A DNA stretch of 64,000 bases, taken from the NCBI RefSeq assembly GCF_006345805.1, contig NC_042998.1:63550001-63614000 (forward strand), given 5' to 3'. Positions 54,032-64,000 of the stretch are shown one piece after another. The position numbers were made by a program, and so were the translations under genes. How positions within the stretch are numbered: position 1 is the stretch's first letter; each line of letters begins with the position of its first letter. The notes beneath the pieces were generated by a model. The model was not told where the DNA came from, searched no databases, and saw nothing but the letters and a program-made list of their open reading frames with translations. The DNA is from Octopus sinensis (taxonomy: Eukaryota).

Positions 54032-54645
54032 ACCCAGAAATCGAAAAAAAAAAAAGAAATATAAAATGTGACTTCATTGACCGAGGTTACCGTGGTCTTT
54101 TCCGTAGGCTTTTCTTTCCACGGGTAAACCTCACCTGTCCTCCCCTTTACACTTCATATTGACATTTCTGTGATAACGATCCCTATTGATCAATTTTTTT
54201 TTTTTTTTCCTCTCCCCCTTTTTTTTAACCCCCCTTTTTTTTGTCCTCTTTCTCTCCTTTTACGATCCCTTTTGATCGAAACTCCCCCTTCCTTTTTTTT
54301 TTTTAAACCTTCAAAAGAAAAGCTCTACCTTGTAATTTGTTCTATCTGTGTGCAGCCCTGTGTGGCTAATAAAGAAACATATCTATCAGCTTACCTACCT
54401 ATATTTCTATCTATCCATCCCCATTGTTAACAGAAATAAAAAAAAAAACAAAACAAAAAAAAACGAAACAAAAACGATACATTTTGTCTTCTAAACAAAA
54501 TACCTCCAAATATCTGTTTTATATATATGAACCAGTTGTTTGTACATTTACAAAATTTTATATGACAAGTCCGAGAAACGAACGAGAGCGCTAATAATAA
54601 GGAAGAAATAAAAAGATTTTTTTTACCAAAATTCTGACGACATTT

Positions 54646-54960
54646 TTCGGTGCGAATGGTTTTTTCATAAGGCGCTATTTTACAATACTGGAAATAATAA
54701 TAACGGTATTTTTTATATAAGCTTAAATCTTATGGCGATCAACGTGCATTGACTAAGGAGAATAGTCTAATATCAACTCGGATAGGAAAGTCTTCTTTTT
54801 TCTGTCGAGGGCTTATAAGCCACTTTATTAGACTCATTTCCGTAGTCATTACACGGTGATTGCCATAAGCTTTAAGCTTATATAAAAATACCATTATTAT
54901 TATTTACAGGATTGTAAAAACGGCACCGTATAAAAAAAAAACAAAAACATTTGCACGGAA
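54646..54960. mobile_element. Foldback/MITE-like element with ~125-135 bp inverted arms
   Basis: 54646-54771 versus the reverse complement of 54827-54960 (GGTATTTTTATATAAGCTTAAA.CTTATGGC.ATCA.CGTG...GACTA.GGA...AGTCTAAT). Confidence 0.8.
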
Positions 54961-55107
54961 TCCATTTAGAAAGTTAGTTTACATACAAAGAAAAACAAAC
55001 ACGAACTATTATAGTTCTTAAATTTGACAAGATAGGTAGGCTGATTCACTGGTGTAAAGGTAGCACACACATAGTCGAGTTAAAGGGATACGCGTTCGTC
55101 TCCCACA

Positions 55108-55209
55108 CGGATGGGAAATCCTTCTTTTTTTCTGTCATGGGCTTATATGTCTATTTCTTGGACTATTTTCCTTAGTCATTTCACGGTGATCGCTGTAAGC
55201 TTATATATA
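55108..55209 (+). repeat. Partial second copy of the foldback element, cut by the mariner insertion
   Basis: Matches ~54783-54880 (GGAAA..CTTCTTTTTTCTGTC..GGGCTTATA...TAGTCATT.CACGGTGAT). Confidence 0.75.
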
Positions 55210-56491
55210 TCAGGTCATCACATAAGTTCTGCCCGAACATTGAATAATGAAAAAAGTAACCAAATGTTATATTTAATTGAAATTTAATCATCAATGTACT
55301 TTCCCTGATTATCTATGACTTCCTTCCATCTATTTACTAGCTTTTAATTCCATTAATGTAAAACTCTTTTGGTTTCAAAACGAAGAACTCTGAAATGTCA
55401 GTTTCGACCTCCTCCTGCCTTGCGAAAGTTATGGGACCCAAATAAGCTAAGAAACAAATGGTAGTCTGAAGGAGCAAGGTCGGGATAATAAGCTGGATGA
55501 GGAATCCTTTCCAAACCAAGCTCTTCGATCTTCTGTGATGTGATCTTTGCCGTGTGGGGTCGCGCTTTGTCCTGCTGAAACATCACTTCTTTCCGATGCA
55601 CTAAAGCGGGTTTTTTTTCTTCAAAGTTTGGTTCAAACGCTCTAATTGCTGACAGTAGACTTGAGTATTGATTGTTGCATTAGGTGGTAACAATTCAAAA
55701 TGAATTACTCCTTTCCTTTGTAATCCCACCAGATAGAGAGAAGAAACTTTTTCTCATGAAGTTCCCTTCTCTGTTGTGGTTGAGTTTTTTCGCTTTTACC
55801 AAACCACTATTAACATTTGACATTTAACATTTCAATAGACAATCAAGTTTTCGTCAGCAGTTACAGGTCTTTCCAAAATAGGTGAAATGAGTATGCGAGA
55901 ATGGAGAGAATGACAGATGTGAACACGGGATTTGCGGTTGCTTTCGGACAATTCATGAGGCACCCATTTTCCAAGTTTAAGAACCTTTCCAAATTGTTGA
56001 AGATGATGAACAGTTGTATAGATTGAACTAAGCTTTGTTGTCAATTCTTCAACTGATAATGCAAGATTTTCTTCAAATAATTCCTCAAGGAACTTATCAT
56101 CAAACTCAAATGGACGTCCTGTTCGATCTTCATCTTCAAGTCTGAAATCTCCACTTCTGAATTTTGCAAACCATCTTCTGCAAGTTCTTTCATTCAAGCA
56201 TACTTTCCCATAAACTGAGTGTATGCTTCGAGTCGCTTCGGCCGCAGAGTTTCCTTTTTGTACTCATAAAACATTATGTGCCTTAAATGCTCTTTGGATA
56301 CTTCTGTGTTAGAAAAGGGTTTAATCACGGAGATTTTAACTCTGTTATTCTGTAAAATAATATTTCATTAGTTTAAATGTATACAAATGCATAAAAATAT
56401 TTTTAATCCCATTAGACATTCTAAAATACTATTAAATTTCATTCAATTTCAAAAAAAAGGTAAAATCAGACAGAACTTAGGGGATGACCTG
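55210..56491 (-). mobile_element. Complete mariner DNA transposon (1282 bp), inactivated
   Basis: TIRs TCAGGTCATCACATAAGTTCTGCCCGA / TCAGACAGAACTTAGGGATGACCTGG; TA on both sides. Confidence 0.93.
55284..56307 (-). pseudogene. Mariner D,D34D transposase, with frameshifts/stops and no start codon
   Basis: HTH NERTCRRWFAKFRSG, WVPHEL, TADE, QQDKARPH, YYPDLAPSDY; 34 residues between the 2nd and 3rd Asp. Confidence 0.92.
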
Positions 56492-56492
56492 G

Positions 56493-56539
<47 letters not shown>

Positions 56540-56545
56540 TATATA

Positions 56546-56622
<77 letters not shown>

Positions 56623-56675
56623 TATATGCATATATTATTTATATATAAACATGCATGTGCGTATATACAATATAC

Positions 56676-56729
<54 letters not shown>

Positions 56730-56742
<13 letters not shown>

Positions 56743-59613
56743 GTTGGCATCCTGTTTGTCTCGGGAGACAATGGAGTTGCGCATAAAATAATCTATTCCG
56801 GCTTTTACATTTCATGTCCGAATAATATCCTGCTGTGGTTGTGTAGTCCTATCCTGAACAAACACTCCCTCTAGCAGGTGCCGCAAATGTAGCGAAGAAT
56901 TTGCCTGGCTGATGTTATAGTTTGTTGTTGACGTCTTTTCTAGTCTTTCCATTTCTCCTCTCTCCCTCTGTCACTCCTTTGTGTTCCCTCTTTTACGGTA
57001 CGTCGCCAATCTCCATGGTTGCTGACAACTGCTTCCCAGTTGCTAATATTGATGTCGCAGTCCTTCATGCCCCTTTCACAAACATCCTTGTATCGTAAGA
57101 ACGGTCTTCCCACAGACCTAGTGCCTCTAGCAACCTCTCCGTAGAGTATGTCTTTGAGGATTCTGCCATCTTCCATACGGCTAACATGTCCAAACCATCT
57201 CATACGTCTCCGTGTGAGGAGTGCAAACATGCTTGGTATTCCTGTTTGCTTGAGGACATCTTTGTTGGGGACATGATTCTGCCATTTGATGCCAAGGAGT
57301 TTCCGGAAGCAGCGCAGGTGAAAGATATTTAGGCAACGCTCTTGGCGTGTGTATTGCGTCCAAGTTTTACTTCCATACAGTAGAGTGCTAAGAAAACATA
57401 TCCGGTAAATCTTCATTTTCGTGGTCTTGGTCAGCTTATTGTTGTTCCATGCCCGTTTGGAGAGTTGGGCCATCACAGCAGCTGCCTTGCCAATGCATAT
57501 ATTGAGTTCGGCATCAAGGGATAGGTTGTATGTGACGGTAGAGCCAAATAGGTAAACTTCTCCACCTCCTGTTGTCTGTGGTCTCCAATATATATGTTTG
57601 GGATGCCCGATGTAGCCTGACGCATGATGTTGGTCATCTTGAGGTTGATAACTAAGCCAAAGTCACTACATGCTTGCTCAAAATAGTTGATGAGCATTTG
57701 CAGGGCTTCTACTGTGTGTAATGCCAGAGCGGCATCATCAGCAAATAGCATCTCCTTCATCAGGACGTTTCTGATATTGGTTTTGGCACGCAAACACGAG
57801 AGATTGAACAGTTTCCCGTCACTTCAACAGATGTCTCAAAGGCATGTGACAGAAGCAGCGAGAAGATGCCAAATAATGTAGGAGCAAGGACACAACGTTG
57901 CTGTACCCCGTCTTTTATTTGGAAGGCGGCTAATGCTGAAATATTGTGCTGTATGGTGCCTTGCATATCATCATGGAAAGATTCGATGATCGTCAGCAGC
58001 TTTGGTGGGCATCCGATTGCGCTTCTCGACCTCTGCTGTCTCAGTTCATCTACTGAGCATCCATGCTCCCACTCTCTACAGCTTAGAGGAGACTAAGGAC
58101 CATTTCTACAAAGATCTTAACTGTGTCATTAACAATATACCAACCAATGAAAACATCTACCGTCTAGGAGATTTTAACGCTCGCGTGAGATCTGACCGTG
58201 ATTCGTGTCCCATTTGTGCTGGACACTTTGGTATTGGCAACTTGAATGACAATGGTTAAAAACTACTTGAATTTCGCACATACCATAATTTGTGCATCGC
58301 CGACACATTCTTTGCCAACAAGCCATCCCACAAGGCATCTTGGAGACATCCAAGATCTCACCACTGGCATCAGTTAGATCTCATCGTTACACGAAGATCC
58401 TTTCTGAATTCTGTTCAACTGACCCTTAGTTACCACAGCGCAGATTGTGACACATATCATTCACTAATAAGAAGCAGGGTAAGGATTCTGCCTAAAAAAG
58501 TCCATCACTCCAAGAAAATGGGCCGACCACGCATTAACACTGCCAGAACCTCGGACCATACACTGCGAAAATGTTTTGCTGTTTCTATCAAAGTTGTCCT
58601 CAGTAGCTGCCCAAACTCCTCTGCTGAAAATAGGTGGAATTATATCAAGGAAGCTTTGTATACCACATTAATAGATACCTTGGGCATGAGAGAAAGGCAA
58701 AACCCAGATTGTTTCAGTGCTGGGCTCTCAGAGCTGGAACGAGTTATCGAACCAAAGCACGGAGCTCTGATGTAATACAAGAGCGATTCTTCCTCAAAGT
58801 CACTCGAAGAACTCAGAAAGGCAAGAAATAAAACCCAACTGACTGCCAGACTCTGTGCAAATAGGTATTGGCAGCAAATCTGTCAGAGTATCCAGTCAGC
58901 TGCTGACAGTGGTGACACCCGTGGGATGTATGCCAGTTTGAAGAAGACCCTCGGTCCATCCGCAATCAACCCAGCCCCTCTGAAATCAACTACTGGAGAT
59001 CTCATCAAGGACCAAAGCAAGCAAATAGATAGATGGGTGGAGTACTACCAGGATCTTTACTCACGGGAGACAACGGTAGCTGAGGCTGCAATTGAGGGTG
59101 TCAAAATCTTGCCAGTCATGTGCGAACTTGACAGTCTGCCATTTATAGCAGAGTTCACCAAGGCTATTGACTCCCTAGCCAGTAACATGGCTCCGGGAAA
59201 AGACGGCATCCCCTCAGAGATCATCAAAGCCGGCAAAAACACCGTCCTGCTTCGGCACCCTCATGAGCTTCTGTCTCAGTGCTGGGAAGAGGTTACATTC
59301 CCTCAGGATATGAGGGATGCTAACATTATTACGCTTTACAAAAACAAAGGTGACTGTGGTGATTGTAACAATTACTATGGAATATCTCTTCTAAGCACTG
59401 TTGGAAAGACTTTTGCTCGCGTTATCCTGTCCAGACTACAACTGCTTACTTCTCGAATTTATAAAGAATCGCAGTGTCTCTTTAGAAGTAGCAGAGCAAC
59501 TATTCACATGATATCCACCATACGCCAACTTCAAGAGAAGTCCAGAGAGCAGAAAATGCCATTATATATGGCCTTCATTGATCTGACAAAGGCCTTTGAC
59601 TTGGTAAGTAGAA

Positions 59614-59614
<1 letters not shown>
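56730..59614 (-). mobile_element. RTE/BovB-like LINE with an inverted 5' segment: 3' half on minus (56730-58030), 5' half on plus (58030-59614)
   Basis: Minus: IGCPPKLL, VLAPTLFGI, MLFADD, TLLYGSKTW, RWFGHVSRM, (CAA)n tail. Plus: SIHAPT, LGDFNA, RHPRSHHWHQLDL, APGKDGI, FIDLTKAFDLVSRN. Confidence 0.92.
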
Positions 59615-59655
<41 letters not shown>

Positions 59656-59804
59656 GTGAGTGTGTGTGTGTGTGAGCGCGCTCAGTGTGCACTTTCTAAG
59701 GATCTGTATTCTGCTAACACCTTCCTAGGAAGTGTATGTGTATTGAGTTCTAACTAGATTATAATCAGTAGAGCTATGCCGCCCAATTGATACAACATGG
59801 ACTC

Positions 59805-60085
59805 ACCTGTCGTTACAAGACGTATGAAGGTGTTGCAAATAATTACTGCACAAGCACCACGTGATTTGTTTATAGTAATAAAATGTTCATCTTCACATAC
59901 ACTCACTGTCTAAATCAAATTGATATGACTTGCACAGGTGCACGACGTGCCACATGTCAGATTATGAAATGATTTCAAAGGAACATAGAATTAAGTGTTT
60001 TGCTCAGGAACACATGACAACGGCCAGTCTGGGAATTTAAACCATAATCTCGCAATTGTGAGTTCAACACCCTAAAAACCGAGTG
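59805..60085 (-). mobile_element. tRNA-derived SINE (fourth family)
   Basis: Reverse-complement head GGTTTTTAGGGTGTTGAACTCACAATTGCGAGATTATGGTTTAAATTCCC...GTGTTCCTGAGCAAAACACTTAATT. Confidence 0.6.
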
Positions 60086-60099
60086 ATATATATACATAT

Positions 60100-60232
60100 A
60101 AAGACTTTTTCCATTCCCGTGCGTTATACTAATACATCGGTTTGTTTTTCTACACCACCTGTCTTCGTCTTTTGTTTTTTTCGTGAATTCTCCCCATATA
60201 TCACATGCTCACGTGGTCTTAATTTAATTTTA
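60100..60232 (+). mobile_element. Penelope pLTR fragment beginning at AAAGACT
   Basis: Matches the reverse complement of 1441-1537 and 35889-36020. Confidence 0.75.
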
Positions 60233-60710
60233 TTGGAAGTCGACCCTATATAAATAGCGTTTAAATTATAATAATTCAAATTCTTATCATCCCTTAAAAT
60301 TACCATACATTTATGAACTACATTATCTAAATTACAGTTAGTATTAAATTTACATGTAATTTTATCCATATATGTATAATAAATTATATCTTGGTCTTTA
60401 TTTTTATTATTGGAATCAAAATTTAATTTATTTTTGTAGAATTTATTTAATTTAAATTTATTAACCGAAGAAATAATATTACCAACATTATTAGTAGTTG
60501 AATACCCAGCTTCAATTTATCTAATATTATGCACATTACTTAATCATTGGTATATGTTTCTATCTTATATTTAATTTTTCTATAGGATGTAATTTTTTCT
60601 AAATGGTATAATTTAAGTGGACTGTTAATTGTGGACCCAGATAACATGCTATAGTTTCATCGCTTACTTGTATATGATGTGCACTTTATTTAAGAGAATT
60701 ACATTTTCAG

Positions 60711-60902
60711 AACATACTGACGTTGCAAGTGTAAAAATTTATGTTGATGACTATGGAAGCATCTGTCCTCAAAAATCTAAGAGCCCACCGCAGAATCAAA
60801 TGAGATACAATAACGCTCATTACATAATCTTAGTTTTTTTCCGGTGTCATCTATTTTTCTTATATATACATATACACACAGAAATACACTATATACTCCT
60901 AG
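60711..60902 (+). other. Candidate exon (EHTDVASVKIYVDDYGSICPQ...)
   Basis: ACATTTTCAG| acceptor and open frame; the start loosely resembles a cadherin-repeat G strand; the 3' boundary is uncertain. Confidence 0.2.
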
Positions 60903-61063
60903 GTATAACCGTAAAAAAATAACAAGGTAAAAGTTCTTTATTTTTCATTCGCTTCGAAATTGCTCTTAAATGTGGTTTCGGTCGTTTTGACTGCTTCTTC
61001 TAGCGTGTAAAATTACCTGTTAAATGTAGTATGTAGTTTCTCGTGTTTAAATGAATACTATAG

Positions 61064-61103
<40 letters not shown>

Positions 61104-61109
61104 ATATAT

Positions 61110-61142
<33 letters not shown>

Positions 61143-61189
61143 CGTATATATATATATATATTATATATATATATAATATATATATACAC

Positions 61190-61230
<41 letters not shown>

Positions 61231-61239
61231 CATATATGG

Positions 61240-61450
61240 GGGCAGCTGCATCGAACTCTCTCATGCACCAAATGGCAATTACTAAAAAGCATTCGTGAAG
61301 TAAATAATCTAGTAACACCGAATGGATGTGCCCCAGCATGGCCACTGTTCGTGAGCTGAAAGAATGGTGGATATTTCGGTTACTCAAGAATTGCTAGAAT
61401 TGGCTTAGAGTATTCACTGCAGCCTTTTCTATTGTGAGTTCGAATTGCGC
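61240..61450 (+). mobile_element. Decayed SINE tail (...GGATGTGCCCCAGCATGGCC...) and an adjacent SINE head remnant
   Basis: CAGCATGGCC motif shared with 8298-8310; B-box-like GAGTTCGAATT near 61437. Confidence 0.45.
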
Positions 61451-62850
61451 CACCTATTCCCCATGACTCATAAATAGGTGACATCCACCCGACACTAATA
61501 TTAATAGAAATCAAATAACAGGTCAGCCGATGCATCAGTTGTATAACGATATCACCGTCGTATCTTTATGCATGAATGCATACTCGGCGAAGAAGCAAAA
61601 TAATTGCTAGACGAAGAATTATGTTCATAAATCTGTTTAGTTCTAAATAGTTCACCAATATTTAGAGCTAACATTCATTTGAGTAAAACAACGAAATGAT
61701 TCGCTACATGCCAGACAGAAATATGAACTGAAGTCTATATTGATTGAAATTATTGAATATGGCGAGCGATCCAATGACTAAAACCAATAATGCAACAAAA
61801 TAATAACCGTTTATTGCGAATGTTTTGTTTTTACTTTTTTTCATTAAATCTAAAATATTTTCTGATTTGAAAACACTATTCCTCATTTAAACAATATTCC
61901 TCCATTCAGTCACACCATTAATTCCAAACTTCCAACATTGTCACTTTATATTTTGTTACCGAAGCAGTTATTTTCTAAAAATCTTTTTAACTCTATTATC
62001 AAAAGCTGAAGTGAACATTCAATAATATATTGAGTTATTTCAGAAAGGAATATGTGTAATATTACTACAGTTGTGTTAATTATTGAACAAGACCTTCTGT
62101 AACGATATTACTTTGTTCAAGTTGTATCAATAAACATTTCACTATTAATTAATTTGTCCTTGTGACATTGAGATTACTTGAAGTTACATGCGAGAACAAA
62201 CTGCTATTTTAACTTATGAAATGAAGAAATAAATTACACGAAACAGAATAACGATTGCTTTAGTTTTCTTTTAACTTGTTTGAACATTACCAACAACAAA
62301 AAGAAATATTTCTTTATGCTGTTTAATATATCTTCCACCTTTCAGAATCGAGTTAATAATTAATGATTAAATCATTCTACAGAAGGTGGAAGGCGAAAGA
62401 AAAAATACGAACCATACATATCTTCAATTAGCTGTCTAACATGACTGACAAGAAATACATTCTAAATTAGGAAATTAGAATAGTTGTTTGTGACACTGTA
62501 AATGTACATAACATAATAACTAGCAGGTGGAGGAAATGTTGCAGAAATTTCTAACATTAATCAGAAAAAATAGCTTCGATTCTTTTTTTGAATACGTTTC
62601 GTCAATGTTTCTTGTGAATAAAAATAAAAATGAAAAGTAATCGATCACATTTAACCTAATAGATACAGCAGAGGTTGTTTGAGTAATTAATATGAATATC
62701 AAATGGAGTTCGTCCACCTGTAAAAGTTAGTAGCTAAATCTCCCTCAACTCATGCACGACAGCCTCGAAACAATGGGTGTCGGGTAATGTAATCTGAGAT
62801 AATATATGTGCAAAAATACGGGGTGGTCACATTTAACACAAGCTTTAGAT

Positions 62851-63137
62851 CAGTGGTTCTCAACCAGAGTCCATATGACCCTTGGGGTTCATGAATTTTG
62901 GGATTCATACGACCGTTGGAGTCCTGAATAAGATTTAACATGTTAAATATTATGTGAAAGAAATTAATAAATTCGTTACACTTCTAAGATACGCAAAATA
63001 TTTTATCAATTTTTAAAATACAATTTCTAATAATATCTAATTATAAAAATATAATGAGATATTTTAAACATTGAATGGCTATAAAAGGTCCAGAAGAGTA
63101 AAATAGGCGTGACAGGAATCCATTAGCAAAAACTCTG
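62851..63137. mobile_element. hAT (Charlie-like) MITE remnant
   Basis: Left end CAGTGGTTCTCAACC is a typical hAT-Charlie TIR; the right TIR is degenerate. Confidence 0.5.
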
Positions 63138-64000
63138 GATTTAGAACATAGGTCGTCTAGACCATGAAGGAATCAGGAATCGGGTAAAACAATTTTTTTA
63201 TGTTTTCTTCAAATTATTGAAAAACTTCTGTTTCCTTATATGAACATAATTATTGATTATGAAGGTAGATATTGGAAACGTTCATACCAGATTGATACAT
63301 ACACTATAAGATAGAATAACAAAGAAACTTATAAAGGATTTTCTGGCAGATAACATAAGTATGGAGTATGTTTTCCAGTGATTTCCATTGCGCATGTGTA
63401 TAAGATATGTAAACCATTAATAGTTTAATGAGATATATCAGAGATTAGATGCATTTTCATGGCGGAACGATAATAACAAACCTACCGAAGTATTTTTTTC
63501 TCTTTCTTTCACCAAATACTACTTCATCAATTACTTCAGTCTATATTAATTCCTCTATATAAAAGTGAAATGGCCGAAAGTTGTATGCATGCGTGTCTCA
63601 TTTAGTGGTTATGCAGGGTTCAATAGCCGTAGGCGTCCTCGTATTGCGGCTAACATTTACAGGGACATGTAAAATGAGGCTAGGAAGCGACTGGACTAGG
63701 TTAGAAATTTCCATCTCGAAATCTGTAGTTACTAGGGCAACAAAACCCATTTTCGATCGATTCTGCAAGCTGTGAAGGTCGTGTTTTGTGGGCGATTTTA
63801 ATAAAAGCACACTTGCCATATCTACAGGCCCTTCTGTTTAATGATTCGTCAGTTTATTGTGGAAATTATTGTTTACCAGAGAAGATTCTACGAAATGAAA
63901 AAAAGTTACATTTTTAGTCGTTTTACCATTTGATTTTCGGCTGCTTGCATCTTTGATTTGTTCTGCATAAAAATTATACCACTCTGTACGATTTGATGAG

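Larger units (their letters stand above)
48401..54377 (+). mobile_element. L1/Tx1-clade LINE, apparently full length (~6 kb) and inactivated
   Basis: ORF1 with RRM-like region and zinc knuckle CYLCGSETHLKKTC; ORF2 with APE (VNARG, SETR, GDWN, TDH), RT (KAFDRV, QGCPLS, YADD) and CCHC CPRCGQSDETVLHALVQC; AATAAAGAAA end. Confidence 0.92.

Noticed and set aside
61704-61886. 60-aa minus-strand ORF with a hydrophobic stretch
   Set aside because: AT-rich chance ORF; no splice or homology support.
63581-63819. Overlapping short ORFs in a slightly GC-richer block
   Set aside because: No recognisable motif on either strand.

Overview
AT-rich eukaryotic DNA, very rich in microsatellites and made up largely of transposon relics. 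The tRNA-derived SINE families and the (TA)n/(TAA)n/(CA)n load suggest an Octopus-type cephalopod genome (inference). No host gene can be called with confidence; only a few weak candidate exons were seen. Recognisable content: (i) a near full-length Penelope-like element (RT + GIY-YIG, direct terminal repeats carrying minimal hammerhead ribozyme motifs, and a ~700 bp inverted duplication) plus several other Penelope-type remnants with hammerhead motifs; (ii) a cluster of R4/Dong-type restriction-like-endonuclease LINEs from several families, chained through (TAA)n tracts, together with a non-coding (TAA)n-tailed element present three times; (iii) a full-length but frameshifted L1/Tx1-clade LINE inserted into one arm of a foldback structure; (iv) an RTE/BovB-like LINE with a 5' inversion matching the twin-priming signature; (v) a complete but dead D,D34D mariner, several MITEs, CR1-group and RTE fragments and many SINEs. 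Most short ORFs in the supplied track are microsatellite artefacts. All coordinates and alignments were read by eye, so boundaries of decayed elements are approximate.
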